From Thermoplasmatota archaeon (lineage in GTDB: Archaea; Thermoplasmatota; Penumbrarchaeia; Penumbrarchaeales; Penumbrarchaeaceae): a stretch of 64,000 nucleotides of DNA. Numbering within the stretch: the first letter of the stretch is position 1; each line of letters opens with the position of its first letter. Made by a program: the position numbers and the translations under genes. The stretch spans positions 3,266-67,265 of the forward strand of contig JAFGLL010000121.1 of assembly GCA_016928095.1 (NCBI GenBank), in the 5' to 3' direction. The notes beneath the pieces are model-generated. The model was not told where the DNA came from. It did no database searches and saw only the letters and a list, made by a program, of their open reading frames with translations. This document shows positions 9,828-20,900 of this stretch, one piece after another.

Positions 9828-10238
9828 ATGAACGAGATCGGGATCATGGTGTATGGATACGATGAGGTCACGGCAAGGTCGATAAGCTCCCATCTTGAAG
9901 GGGTGCTGGGCAAGGAAGTCCTGTTGATAAGTGGATGCGGTAGGGAAGGTGACCTTGTGGGGGATATAATCGAGGATGAGGTGTATGCCCACTGGGAAGC
10001 AAAGGAGGATCCCAGGTTGGTGATGTTCCTGGGTTTCGACGGTCCGAGCGTCCATTCATCGATGGATAATTTCCCATCGTTCAAGGGACAGAACAGGCCC
10101 ATCTTCTGCACACCCACCGAGAAGAACATCGAATGGTCCTTGAAGGCGCTCCTCGAGGACCTTATGGAGGAGAGGGAATATTTCCGCAAGAGGGATGAAA
10201 AGCTCCGATCCCCCCTGTCCAATGAAAAAGCATTATAG
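9828..10238 (+). CDS. DUF3783-like hypothetical protein
   Basis: PIFCTPTEKNIEWSLKALLEDLMEEREYF resembles the DUF3783 C-terminal motif. ATG at 9828 follows TTTTTAT. Confidence 0.75.
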   Translation: MNEIGIMVYGYDEVTARSISSHLEGVLGKEVLLISGCGREGDLVGDIIEDEVYAHWEAKEDPRLVMFLGFDGPSVHSSMDNFPSFKGQNRPIFCTPTEKNIEWSLKALLEDLMEEREYFRKRDEKLRSPLSNEKAL

Positions 10239-10249
10239 GAAAGCATACA

Positions 10250-11062
10250 ATGTCAATCATGATGAAAGCCCACCTCTCCCTGGTCATGGCCGCAACGACG
10301 ATCATGCTCTTGCTTGTGGTCCTTGAAGGTCCATCTGGGACAGCGGCCGGGCCTTCCTCACAGGAAGGTGTGATCTATACCGAACCGGAGGATATCGGCA
10401 GACCCAACAGGATAGCCGTCATCGAGGTAGCGGGGTGGGGTGAGATAAGGATAGAGCTATACGAGAACATGACGCCGATAACCACGAAGAACTTCATAGA
10501 CCTGGCACAGAGCGGTTTCTACGATGGGATCAAATTCCATCGGTGTATCGACGGTTTCGTTGCACAGACCGGCGATCCCAACACCAGGAACATGAACCCT
10601 TATGATGATGGTATGGGCGGGTCCGACAGCACGATACCTCTCGAGATCTGCATGAACGCATCCCATGTGGACGGTGCTGTAGGAATGGCCCGGTCATCGG
10701 AGCCGGATTCCGCCTCGTCGCAGTTCTATATATGCGACGGACCGCAGCATGGACTGGATGATTGGAACCGGGACGACAACGGGTATGCGGTCTTCGGGGT
10801 GGTCGTGGAGGGTCTGGAGGTTGCCAAGGGGATCGCTGCGACCGAGACCTACGGGAATAGAAGGCCGCTGCTGAAGGACCATCCCGTGGACGATATCACC
10901 ATGTCCAGGGTCTATGTGATCGATCCTCCTGTGGAGGTGAACGATACTTTTGATGACAATAAAGACGACCGGTCCAGGGATATCCCGTTCCCGTTTTTTC
11001 CATCGGTGCTTTCGGTGATGATCTTCATTGGCGTGGTCCGAAGGAAGTTACACCGCATATGA
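10250..11062 (+). CDS. secreted, membrane-anchored cyclophilin-type peptidyl-prolyl isomerase
   Basis: PITTKNF, FYDGIKFHR, QTGDP, GAVGMAR, SQFYI, YAVFG. N-terminal signal peptide and C-terminal hydrophobic segment followed by RRK. Confidence 0.92.
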   Translation: MSIMMKAHLSLVMAATTIMLLLVVLEGPSGTAAGPSSQEGVIYTEPEDIGRPNRIAVIEVAGWGEIRIELYENMTPITTKNFIDLAQSGFYDGIKFHRCIDGFVAQTGDPNTRNMNPYDDGMGGSDSTIPLEICMNASHVDGAVGMARSSEPDSASSQFYICDGPQHGLDDWNRDDNGYAVFGVVVEGLEVAKGIAATETYGNRRPLLKDHPVDDITMSRVYVIDPPVEVNDTFDDNKDDRSRDIPFPFFPSVLSVMIFIGVVRRKLHRI

Positions 11063-11144
11063 CCTTGATGGACCATCCCGTTCGATGCCGTTCCTCATTG
11101 GTCAGGACCCGTGAGAGGCGCTATCCCGCATTCTCGCATCGTTC

Positions 11145-13802
11145 TCATTCCTCTCCTTTCTTCGTCGATACATCAGCCCTCTTCTTACGGATCCAGAAAA
11201 GTGCCAGAAGGACACCGACAAGTATAATGAAGATGGCCACCCCCCAGATAATAAACAGTAATGTGTGACCGGCCTGGTCTCCACCCTTTTCTGCAGGATC
11301 GCTCACGATCACCCTGCAAAAGGCAAGATCCACATTCCCCCCCGTATCCGTTACCTTGAGGACGACCGTATGGTTCCCCGGAGCGGTGAAGGTCCATACC
11401 AGATCGGGACTGACCCCCATTGGAGTTTCGTTCTCGAGCAGCCATTCGAACGTTAGAGGACCCGTGGCATCTGTACTCCCCGACCCGGAGAGGAAAAAAC
11501 TCTTTTTCGGTTCAACGTACAGAATGGTCCTGTTGATCACCGCTCTGGGGGATATGCTGTCCCTCACGGTGATGTTCGCCGATACATGATCTTCGAGACC
11601 GGACAGGTCCTTGATCATCATGTCGATCCGGTATGGACCCGGACCTTCTATAGATATCATAAGCCCTTCAAGGGACCGCATTTCCTCCCCCGTGGCGTTG
11701 AGGATCCTCACTCCAAAGAAAGGTGTTGAGAACACCGGTTCCTCCCCCTCGGGGAGGACCCTCACTATGGTAAAATGCGCGGAAAGAAGTCCGACATTGT
11801 CCGAGGAGCCTGTGATGTTCAGAAAGAACCTCTCGTTCTGGTCCACGATATCCTTGTCCAGATGGAAGACTGCAACGGGCGGGGTATTGTCAAGAACCAG
11901 CACCAACCTGCTCAGGTTCGCTACATTCCCGGAAGGGTCCTCGATGAACAGTGTGACCCGGGCCGTTCCAGGGAACGGGAACTCCACGATGACGACGGGT
12001 CCAGATAGTGTCTCGATAAAAGATCCCCCCCCCTCGGACGTAATGACCCATGTGAAGACGGAAGAGTTCCATAAGAGGGGGTCGTTGTCGAACGACCCGC
12101 TGGCATCGAGCTCGAACTGCAGATCCTCTTCCAACTCCAGCGGCAAAAAGAATTCCGGTACGGGGGGGGTATCATCCAGTACGGACACGTTGAAGGTCAG
12201 GAAAGATGAAAGACCTATACCATCGGTCACTGTAAGCATACCCAGGTAAGGTCCGGGAATATCTATCTGCACCTCTATGGTCGGTCCGAAGAACCGGAAA
12301 TCCCCGAAACCTCCCCGGAACGACCAGGAGTACGAGAGGTCCGTGGAGGGGCCATCTTCTGTATCATCATAGGCCGTCGGAGCCGACAGATCGAAAGACC
12401 GAGAGGTGTAGAACAGGAGGTCCGATATACCGCCTTCTATGATGGGTGGTGCATCATCGAGAACGGTGATCCGTGCGGTGCCGTTCTGGGTGTTGTTCTC
12501 CTCATCGAAAGCAGAGAAGCTGAGAGTGTAATCACCCGGACTCATGAACGTATGGTCAAAGAAGGGGACCTTGGTCGTCAGATTGTACCAGCCATGGTCC
12601 TGGAGGGACCATTCCACCCTGGAGACGCCGACATTGTCGGTTGCGTTCATGACATAAGTGAACGGCGTTTCCTCGAAGGCCACCGCATCCGAGAATTCCA
12701 GGTCGGGTGGTGTCACATCCTTCACATAAACCCTTGTGACCGCCGTATCCGATTCCCCGGAGGGGTCCCTCAATTCCAGAACAAGGGTGTAGAACGAGAG
12801 CGGTTCCTCGAAGGTATGCACGAAGAGGGTATCAAAAGATGTAAGGTTGGCCCATTCCCCGTTCCTGTAAATGGGAAGCCTCCAGGTGAAGTTCGATCCC
12901 GTTTCAAAATCGGGATGGTTCCCGATGGAAGATCCGGCCGATACTTCCACCTCCAGATCCTCATCGACATCGATCCTCTGCGGCAGTCTCGCCTCCACAT
13001 ATGATCGGAGGTGTGCCGTTCCCCAGAGGGATTCGTTCTTGAAGGTTGGAGATTCATCCGGTGCGGTCTCCCTGCCACACCATTTAAGGGCCGTTTTGGA
13101 GAGACCGCCGGTATCATCGTCGTTGATCCCGACATTGAAACCTATGGTCCCGTTGGGCTCGGGAGAAGCGATGGAATCCAGCCGAACCATCATCTCGACG
13201 ATGTAATAGTTTGCCGACGGGACCGTTCTGGTCGCAGCGAACCAATCCCGTCCCTCGCCGAAGGACCTCTCGTAAGGCGTCGAGCTGGAATAATCGTAAT
13301 AGTAACTCCCATCTGCCTTTGCGAGCAGAGTGGTGCCATCCTCGAAACCGGGCCATGGGTCGCCTGCCCTCTGGTCATCGTCCATGTCAAAGGCACCGTC
13401 GATCATTAGCTCGACCCCGTCATCCCTCCAGAAGGTCTCACCGCTGTCCACGACAATGTTCTGGTCCGTTACATTTGCAGCGAAATAGAGGTAGGTGTCG
13501 TCATACAGCAGATAGAATGTTACGGCCAGATCGGCCTGGTCAGTGAACTCCTCATCGGAACCTTCAGGAGGATATACCTCGCGAAATGACAGGCCGTCGA
13601 AGGCGTCGAAGTAGTTCGTCGTGAACTCCGTATACCATTCAAGGCTCCCGATATTCCCGTCAAGTTGCGGCGGTTCGAAGGCATAAGGGACCTCGATCTG
13701 CCTCCCCCCGTCCATGGACAGAGCGGCAGGTTCTTCTCCCTCGATCATACCGGGGAGAAGACCCAGCAATAGCACAGAGACCAGCAATACTGCCCGTTTC
13801 AT
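11145..13802 (-). CDS. surface protein: CBM9/DOMON-like sugar-binding domain + PKD repeats + C-terminal TM
   Basis: Signal peptide. PQLDG...EW, LYDDTYLYFAANVTD, WRDDGVEL and IGFNVGINDDD are CBM9-like. Repeated DxTPP...LDASGSFD...W...F..PG PKD units. TM followed by RKKR. Confidence 0.85.
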   Translation of the reverse strand: MKRAVLLVSVLLLGLLPGMIEGEEPAALSMDGGRQIEVPYAFEPPQLDGNIGSLEWYTEFTTNYFDAFDGLSFREVYPPEGSDEEFTDQADLAVTFYLLYDDTYLYFAANVTDQNIVVDSGETFWRDDGVELMIDGAFDMDDDQRAGDPWPGFEDGTTLLAKADGSYYYDYSSSTPYERSFGEGRDWFAATRTVPSANYYIVEMMVRLDSIASPEPNGTIGFNVGINDDDTGGLSKTALKWCGRETAPDESPTFKNESLWGTAHLRSYVEARLPQRIDVDEDLEVEVSAGSSIGNHPDFETGSNFTWRLPIYRNGEWANLTSFDTLFVHTFEEPLSFYTLVLELRDPSGESDTAVTRVYVKDVTPPDLEFSDAVAFEETPFTYVMNATDNVGVSRVEWSLQDHGWYNLTTKVPFFDHTFMSPGDYTLSFSAFDEENNTQNGTARITVLDDAPPIIEGGISDLLFYTSRSFDLSAPTAYDDTEDGPSTDLSYSWSFRGGFGDFRFFGPTIEVQIDIPGPYLGMLTVTDGIGLSSFLTFNVSVLDDTPPVPEFFLPLELEEDLQFELDASGSFDNDPLLWNSSVFTWVITSEGGGSFIETLSGPVVIVEFPFPGTARVTLFIEDPSGNVANLSRLVLVLDNTPPVAVFHLDKDIVDQNERFFLNITGSSDNVGLLSAHFTIVRVLPEGEEPVFSTPFFGVRILNATGEEMRSLEGLMISIEGPGPYRIDMMIKDLSGLEDHVSANITVRDSISPRAVINRTILYVEPKKSFFLSGSGSTDATGPLTFEWLLENETPMGVSPDLVWTFTAPGNHTVVLKVTDTGGNVDLAFCRVIVSDPAEKGGDQAGHTLLFIIWGVAIFIILVGVLLALFWIRKKRADVSTKKGEE

Positions 13803-13832
13803 CCCGTCACCGGATGGAAAACGGTCCGGTCC

Positions 13833-13840
13833 ATATATAA
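13833..13840 (-). promoter_or_regulatory. TATA box for the CBM9/PKD gene
   Basis: TTATATAT on the minus strand about 30 nt upstream of ATG 13802. Confidence 0.6.
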
Positions 13841-13843
13841 TCC

Positions 13844-14278
13844 CTATCCCCTCATAACTATCACCGTGGTATCGGTGGATCCCATTCCGCCACCTTTCTC
13901 TGCCTTGATGTCTATGACCGCCGTGTCGGCGGAAGACGGTATCACGGCCTGGACCTCCACGGGATCACCTGAATCTATTTTCTGGACCACCTTGCTGTCC
14001 ACTGCACCGGAGAAGGTCACTATCACATCGTCCACCTCATTGCCCTCGGAATCATATACATAGACAGTTATGGCCACTGTGAGGTTGACCCGGCCTTCCC
14101 CGGTTATCTCCACCGTCTCCGGATCGGTGGTTATCCTCTTCAAATTCGCATCGGTATCGCTTGCGATCGCCAGCCATCCTATCACTATTCCCAGAGCGGC
14201 CATTCCCACAACGACCGCGATTATCAACTGCAGGGGCACTCCTTCCATACCCCCGTTCCTGTCCATTGTTCGTCTCAT
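13844..14278 (-). CDS. archaeal type IV pilin-like protein (class III signal peptide)
   Basis: MRRTMDRNGG-MEGVPLQLIIAVVVG (charged leader then hydrophobic helix) followed by a beta-rich domain. Lies downstream of TadC and ATPase genes. Confidence 0.8.
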   Translation of the reverse strand: MRRTMDRNGGMEGVPLQLIIAVVVGMAALGIVIGWLAIASDTDANLKRITTDPETVEITGEGRVNLTVAITVYVYDSEGNEVDDVIVTFSGAVDSKVVQKIDSGDPVEVQAVIPSSADTAVIDIKAEKGGGMGSTDTTVIVMRG

Positions 14279-14294
14279 TTCGATTCTCTCCTTT

Positions 14295-16082
14295 TCATCC
14301 GATAAGATATGAGCTTGCCACGACCCCCAGCGAGAACGCAAGGGATGATTGGACCAGCCTCCGCGGGACCCGATGCCATCCTCCGCCGGTCACCCCCTTC
14401 TCCAACCTGTATATCGTCAGGGTGGTGGCGATCGAAAGCATCAGGAGATACCCCCCTGACATGAGCAGGAAATGCCATGGCTGCATGGACCCTCCGCCGC
14501 TTCCTCCGAACAGCATGCCATCTGGGATGTCCCCCTGGACCGACCCCATCAGATCGAAAATACCGGCCGAGGCGCCTATCATCAAAGGGGCGAAGATCGA
14601 AGCGGTCACCTCCATCTGCCCCACGGCCGACCTGACCCGTGAGGACAGGTCCCCATCAAGGTCCATTAACTCCTGGATATGCTTCGAGAATGCCCGTACA
14701 GCCTTACCTCCCGGACCCCTGCCCGCCCTTGAGAACTCCTCTGCGCTCTCAAGGTAGGATACTAGAGGCTCGGGCATGCCAGCTTCACGACTGCTGTGCC
14801 CGGGCAGTAATCTGTAGCTCCGGTCCTTCTCGACCACTCTTCTCGAGAGGGTCCTCCTGAGCCCTGATTCGAAGGACAAGCCTTCCTGGATGGCAGATGC
14901 CATGTCCCTCAGTATCCCGGGCGCTCTTTTCCGAACGTCCGAGTAACGTTCCTGTGCCTCCTTCGGACCCTGTGAGAGCCACCCGAACAGTCCAGATATC
15001 GAAGAGGAGACCCCTAAAAGGACAAGGAGTATCGAAAGGGAGCCTTTCCCCGACCCGGGGAGTGTGATCGGTATCTCGACCTTGGAAAAGGCCACAAAAA
15101 AGAACAGAGATATCATTACTGTACCGAGGGTCATCAGAAAGATATCCACCGGTCCGGGCGCCGTTCTATGCCTGACTGCGGGCATATGGTCGGTACCCAA
15201 CGAAGGCCTCTTGAGGACAAGTGAGTTTCCCAGAAGGATGATGCTCAGCGGTATGATGACCCATAGAACAAAACCGACCATCAGGGCGGTCTTACCCGTG
15301 ATCCCGGTAACGGGGATCATGGTTGCGAGAAGTATCGGTAACAGAACGCCTATGCCGAAAAGGGCGGTGGCGGGTCCGGCAAGGGAGCGTGAATACTCCT
15401 CCATCATGGCCTTGGATTCCTCCGAGAGCCTGGTCACGAGCGCCCTTGCAGAGAGGGTGACCTCTGTCTGGGTAGGTTCGTTCTCCGCCGATCTTAGACC
15501 TTCCAGTGCCCTCCCTATCGTGGGAGAGCGTAAGGACCATCTCTCCTTGAACTGCCCGTAGATCTCGGAGAAAGGTCTCCCCTCGGTGAAGGGGGTCCAC
15601 GCTACCTCCCCCAGCATGGGCTGGTCCTGCACAGGAAGCGATGTCCTTGTCAGTCTGACGGCGAAAGGAAGAGAGGGATTGATCTCAAGGAAGGCCGAAA
15701 GCCTTCGGACGATATCATGCATTCTACCCTCCTCTCTCCAGATGGACACTTTCATGACCCTCCTGGGCCTGTCCCAGAGCCAGAAGGCCGCTCCCAATGG
15801 GATAACGACCGTGAGAAGGCTCCCGGCGAAAAGAACGAACGGGAGATCGGTCTCGGACGCGTATCCGACGGTCTCGACCCTCCAGCCCTCTCCGTCCTTG
15901 ACGATATCCTTGACCGCATCCACCTTCTGAAAATTGTCCGAGATGCCATCGGAGTCCATGTCAGGACCGTTGGGTATCGGCAGGTTGCCCATCAAAGCCA
16001 TAAGGACCAGCGCGCCTGCTGCGGTCAGTGAGATCGCAGTTGAGGCTGGAGAAGGGGGCCACCATCTCCTCCCTGCCTTCAT
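14295..16082 (-). CDS. type IV pilus/T2SS-F (TadB/TadC-like) membrane platform protein
   Basis: Two T2SSF-like repeats (RRLSAFLEINPSLPFAV; DMASAIQEGLSFESGL) with TM clusters. ATG 16082 overlaps the ATPase stop. Confidence 0.85.
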   Translation of the reverse strand: MKAGRRWWPPSPASTAISLTAAGALVLMALMGNLPIPNGPDMDSDGISDNFQKVDAVKDIVKDGEGWRVETVGYASETDLPFVLFAGSLLTVVIPLGAAFWLWDRPRRVMKVSIWREEGRMHDIVRRLSAFLEINPSLPFAVRLTRTSLPVQDQPMLGEVAWTPFTEGRPFSEIYGQFKERWSLRSPTIGRALEGLRSAENEPTQTEVTLSARALVTRLSEESKAMMEEYSRSLAGPATALFGIGVLLPILLATMIPVTGITGKTALMVGFVLWVIIPLSIILLGNSLVLKRPSLGTDHMPAVRHRTAPGPVDIFLMTLGTVMISLFFFVAFSKVEIPITLPGSGKGSLSILLVLLGVSSSISGLFGWLSQGPKEAQERYSDVRKRAPGILRDMASAIQEGLSFESGLRRTLSRRVVEKDRSYRLLPGHSSREAGMPEPLVSYLESAEEFSRAGRGPGGKAVRAFSKHIQELMDLDGDLSSRVRSAVGQMEVTASIFAPLMIGASAGIFDLMGSVQGDIPDGMLFGGSGGGSMQPWHFLLMSGGYLLMLSIATTLTIYRLEKGVTGGGWHRVPRRLVQSSLAFSLGVVASSYLIG

Positions 16083-17752
16083 TCCGCCCCCCCGTTGAAG
16101 GCTTCTTCCCATTTCTTCAAGATGAACGACACGTCAGGGTATCTCCCCTTCGAAATGGCCTTTTCCCTTGCCACCTGGAAAGCTTCGCTCACGAGGGGCA
16201 TCATCCCGGGTCTTGCCGCCCTTTCGGGCCCCAGCAGGACAGAAGCCCTGTCGAGCACCGAGGCCCTGACCTTAAGCTCTCCAAGGACATCATTGGGGGT
16301 CATTCCCCAGAGTGAAGCTATCGATACGAGTGTACCGGAAGAGGGGAGTTCGTTGGTCGGCTTCAAAGAATTCTCCTGCGGGTCGTAGATGAACAGGTCC
16401 CTGAAACCGCCGGGAGGGCCGTCCTTCATCACTTCCGCTATCTGTATGACCCTCCGGTATCTCACCCTCCTTCCTTTAGGTTGGACAAGACCCGCTACCA
16501 CCACGAGGTCGGTCGCCGTGAAAGATACCTTGGAGACACCAAGGTCTTCCACAGCCCTCTTGTAAACTGCCTTCGCCGAATCGGCGTGGAAAGTCCCCAG
16601 TACCGAGGATCCTGCGGTGCCTGCCGACATCATCTCGTAAAGCGTTCTGGTCTCGGGCCCTCTAACCTCCCCCAGGACCAGCACCGATTCTCCCAATCTC
16701 AGCGCTGTCCTGAGCGCCCTGTCAGCGGAGGTTTCTGTCGAGGAACCGACATTGAGACCCATGACCTTGTAGCCGTATTCGTTAAGGGGGGCGACAGGAA
16801 GCTCGGGCGTGTCCTCTATGACTATTATTCTCTGCGAGCGGTCCACCTCGAAAAGAAGGGAGCCGAGAAGTGAGGTCTTCCCGGCGCCTCTTGGACCCGC
16901 TATAAGCATCGTCCTCCTTCCGGCGATCGACATGGAGAGGAACGCAGCTGCCGTTGATGTGATGGCCCCCACATCTATCAATCTCAAGAGGGTCCAGGGG
17001 TCATGGGAGTGCTTTCGGATCGCTATTGAGATCCCACGGGATGAAAGGGGAGGCCCGACAGCGGTCACCCTAGCATTGTATTGTCTGAGATCGCATTCAA
17101 GTACCGGTGATGCCTCCGAAAAGGGGAGTCCGGAATGATATCTCAGGACGGAAACGATCCTTCTGAGCTCCCTCTCGGTAAGATGGAGGTTCGTGGCATA
17201 GGTACCCTCGAGACCCTTTGGTATATGTCCGCCAAGCGAGACATAAACCGGTTTGGACATGGGAGGAGAATCGATATAGAGGTCCTGTACACGCTCGTCC
17301 CTGAGCAGGTGTTCGATCGTCCCGTATCCACATGTATACTGTGCAGTGATCCTCCCGAGCAACGCGGGTAGATCGACATCGTCCCCCTTGACCGTACCTT
17401 TCAACAGTCCAGACGAGTTGCTTTCGACATAGCTCCTCAAGGCGATCTCATCGTCAAGTATGGCCTGGGGAGGTGGCTCCTCGTTCAGCTCCTTCATGAC
17501 GGAAAGGACCATGGATGTCTCCTCTTCCGGCATGTTGTATTCATAGGGACTTATGAAATAGCTCGATCCGTTCCCCGATCGGTAAAGCGAGGTCCTCACG
17601 AACCGGTTCTCCCTGGTGTCCAACAATTGCTCGGATGGGGGGTCGATGAGCCACGAGTGGGAAAAGGCCGGTTTTGACCTGCTTCCCTTCGAGGCTCTCC
17701 TCAGGCCTTTCCACCATCTGATGGAGCTTGCATGAGCTCTCCTAGCGCACAT
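16079..17752 (-). CDS. type IV pilus assembly ATPase (TadA/VirB11 family)
   Basis: GPRGAGKT, Asp box IEDTPEL, ALRLGESVLVLGEVRG, His box GTFHADS. Confidence 0.95.
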   Translation of the reverse strand: MCARRAHASSIRWWKGLRRASKGSRSKPAFSHSWLIDPPSEQLLDTRENRFVRTSLYRSGNGSSYFISPYEYNMPEEETSMVLSVMKELNEEPPPQAILDDEIALRSYVESNSSGLLKGTVKGDDVDLPALLGRITAQYTCGYGTIEHLLRDERVQDLYIDSPPMSKPVYVSLGGHIPKGLEGTYATNLHLTERELRRIVSVLRYHSGLPFSEASPVLECDLRQYNARVTAVGPPLSSRGISIAIRKHSHDPWTLLRLIDVGAITSTAAAFLSMSIAGRRTMLIAGPRGAGKTSLLGSLLFEVDRSQRIIVIEDTPELPVAPLNEYGYKVMGLNVGSSTETSADRALRTALRLGESVLVLGEVRGPETRTLYEMMSAGTAGSSVLGTFHADSAKAVYKRAVEDLGVSKVSFTATDLVVVAGLVQPKGRRVRYRRVIQIAEVMKDGPPGGFRDLFIYDPQENSLKPTNELPSSGTLVSIASLWGMTPNDVLGELKVRASVLDRASVLLGPERAARPGMMPLVSEAFQVAREKAISKGRYPDVSFILKKWEEAFNGGAE

Positions 17753-17911
17753 TCTATCAACGCCTCAAGACCCTTATCGGGTCCCTCTCACGCCAAAATG
17801 AACGTTCATGGTGTATAAACCTATCTAGTTGGTTCTCTACGGGGAAAATGAGGTGTTAGATTAAAATAATAATGTCCTGTTAATGCATCGCGTATTTACC
17901 ACCTCATAAGT

Positions 17912-20900
17912 GTGGACCTGAGAAACGAGGCGATGTCAATGTCCCATATATGTTTGCCCTATAATGTACTGTTACGACAGTGTTCTGCGGTCATGACCGC
18001 AGCCCTTCTCTTGATATTGGTCCTTCTTCCCATATCTCAAATGGGGCCGGTAGCTGGAGAGGAGGACGGGCCCTCACGGATCCTGGGAGAACAACCGATG
18101 GGCGATTGGGAAATGCTTGCTTCCGGGAGCTGGCCGTCAATAGAAACAGGTAGCTGTAATGTTATGTACCGTGAAGCGGAGAAAGAACTGGTCGTGTTCT
18201 ACCGGTCCTACTGGGGTTTCCAGGTCTGGTCAATGTTCGAGAGCAACGAGACCTGGGTCCAATGGAACGATACCGGAATGGAACCTAGCCCAACACATTC
18301 CCGCCAGTCTTTCACATCCAGTAAAGATGGCAATATTGGATATTATTACGGTGGATATGCTCAGTGGGGAGCATACTGGGACAAGCTGAACATATTCTTT
18401 TACTCCAACAAGACATGGGTCCAGGTAGACGCCCCACCCACGCTCGCAGGCAGGTACTGGTCAGAGATGGTCTATGACGAGGCGACCGATTCCATTTGGA
18501 TATTCGGCGGAAGGGATGCTGCCAGGGTTTGGTACAACGACCTGCACCAGTACAATTCCACCCATGGGTGGACCTATTATCCCTCCATAGACCCCAAGCC
18601 TGTTCCAAGGGACCAGGCTTTGATGACAATGACCCCGGACGGGAAAAGGATATTTATCGCTCTCGGGAGGTATGGAACGGGGGGAGGGGGTACTAGCTAT
18701 TACCGGAACGACCTATGGGAGTACAACGTTACAAATGACAACTGGACGGTCCTGAACAATAATATGGACATACCCACAGAAGCCGGAGGATTGCTGCAAT
18801 ACAGGTCTGGTACGGACGACCTCATCCTCTCCATGGGTTTTGATGGTTGGAACCTTCTCAACGACACATATGTGATCGATATAAGTACCGGGACCCTATC
18901 GAGCGTCAATCTCACGGGCGGTATCCCGGGCAGGCATGTACAGGCATTCGACATCTACTCGAACGGCCGCAAGGCCATCGTCTTTGGTGATGATGCCAGC
19001 AGAAAGGACATCTGGTCCGTGGACCTTGTGGATTATTCCACCCTGCTGACGCCTGGCAATCCCACATGGGTAGGAGGATCCGCTTTCACCGGATATGACG
19101 ATGAGAATGGCGGCAGATTGATGGCATTGAAGCGTAATGATGGTGACACCTGGCAGCTTGCATCTTTCTCTCTGGACTCCAGATCATGGAAGATGCTCTA
19201 TGTGTCCGATGAGGGAAAACCCACTTATCACAGCGGGATGGCCAGCGTCTACGACCCGGATGATAACGATTTCTATCTCTACGGTGGTTATTATTCATAC
19301 CAGGTCAGTCAATGGACCTACCATTATTACTTCTATGACGAGTTCTGGAAGCTTGACTGCGATACGGGTGAATGGACGAGGATCAACGAGCATGCATCTC
19401 CTGGAGCAAGAGGGAGAGCGGCAATGGTCGTCGATCCGGCCAAAAGGATGATCTATCTATATGGAGGACAGGTCCACGGAGGAGATACCGATACACTGTA
19501 TCAGTACAATATGACCGGTAACATATGGAAAGCCATCAACCCGACCACCAAACCCCAGGGCAGGATGGAGACCGCAGTCACTTATGACCCCAACAACAGG
19601 GGCTTTTTCATGTTCGGAGGTCAGCGCAACGGAACATCCAACGTGGAACTGAACGACCTGTGGTTCTTCCATACCGATACCGTATTATGGGAAAAGCTAC
19701 CGACCGGTGATGATGAACCCCACGCCCAGGATTTGGCAGGTATCTCCTTGAACACCGATACCAATGAGTTGCTGCTCTTCGGGGATGGCGATGATGAGAC
19801 CTTCATGTGGCGACTGGATTGGTTCGGCTGGAAAAAGGTCGCAACAACAACCTCACCCGGAGATTGGAGTGGTCATGGACAGGCCTATTCGTCTCAAACG
19901 AGGAGCCATTTCGCATGGGCCGGGGACGGTACGGAGGTATGGGAGTTCAATCCGATCCTGAGGACCACCGCAATACAGGTCCAGATGTTCGATCCGGACG
20001 GTTGGACGACGGGAGTCGATGCCGTGGATGTTTTCCCCACACTTGGGACATACTCTCTGAAGGTTCGCGGCAGGACCGATCTACCACCTGATAATTTCCT
20101 CGGGATGAACCTCACATTGGAGACCGGCGATGATGTGATCGGGCTCACCTGGGACAAGGCCACTGGAAATATCGTTGTGGAGAACGGAAAGGATTGGATG
20201 GTCATAAAGGACGGTGAAGAGCTGAGGTTCCTGGATAACAACAACTGGGAGTTCACGGTCCCGATGGAGTTCACATTCGACATGCCGCACGGCGATACCG
20301 TAAGTGCCTTTGCCACACCTGTAACGCATATAGGGTTGGCCGAACAGGCAAAGAGATTGAACCTCTTCAGATTGAACTCGAGATTGGAGATAGTAAGTTA
20401 CAGGTTCAGGACGCCGATCCAGCCCGAACCCGTTGTGAACGGATGGCTTTTCGGAGGGACCGACCTCACCGTTCACGATTTCAAGGTTGCCTTCGCTGGT
20501 TACAACGACGTTTCACCCCGGGAAGGGAATTTCAAGGTTGAGTTCTCTAACGAATGGGGGGACTCTGTCGATTGGACCTACATCTACAATACGACCACTG
20601 AACTGACGGTCCCTGTAATGGGCGAGGATGGGAGCTCGACCTTCTTCTATCTCAATGTCACGGATAATGGGGTCACTGTCGCAAAATTGACATTCAATTT
20701 CCGCATAGATATGGCTCCTCCCGGTATCGTTGAAGGGGCTGCCCTCAGAGCGGACAACTATAATGACCAGAAGCTCAACATGGATAACGATCCCGAGATG
20801 TTCCTGACATGGGATAACATAGTCGAGACCGGGTCCGGTCTGAAAGGGGTATGCTATTCCCTGGACATGAACACATATCCGGACCAGGAGAACCTGACCA

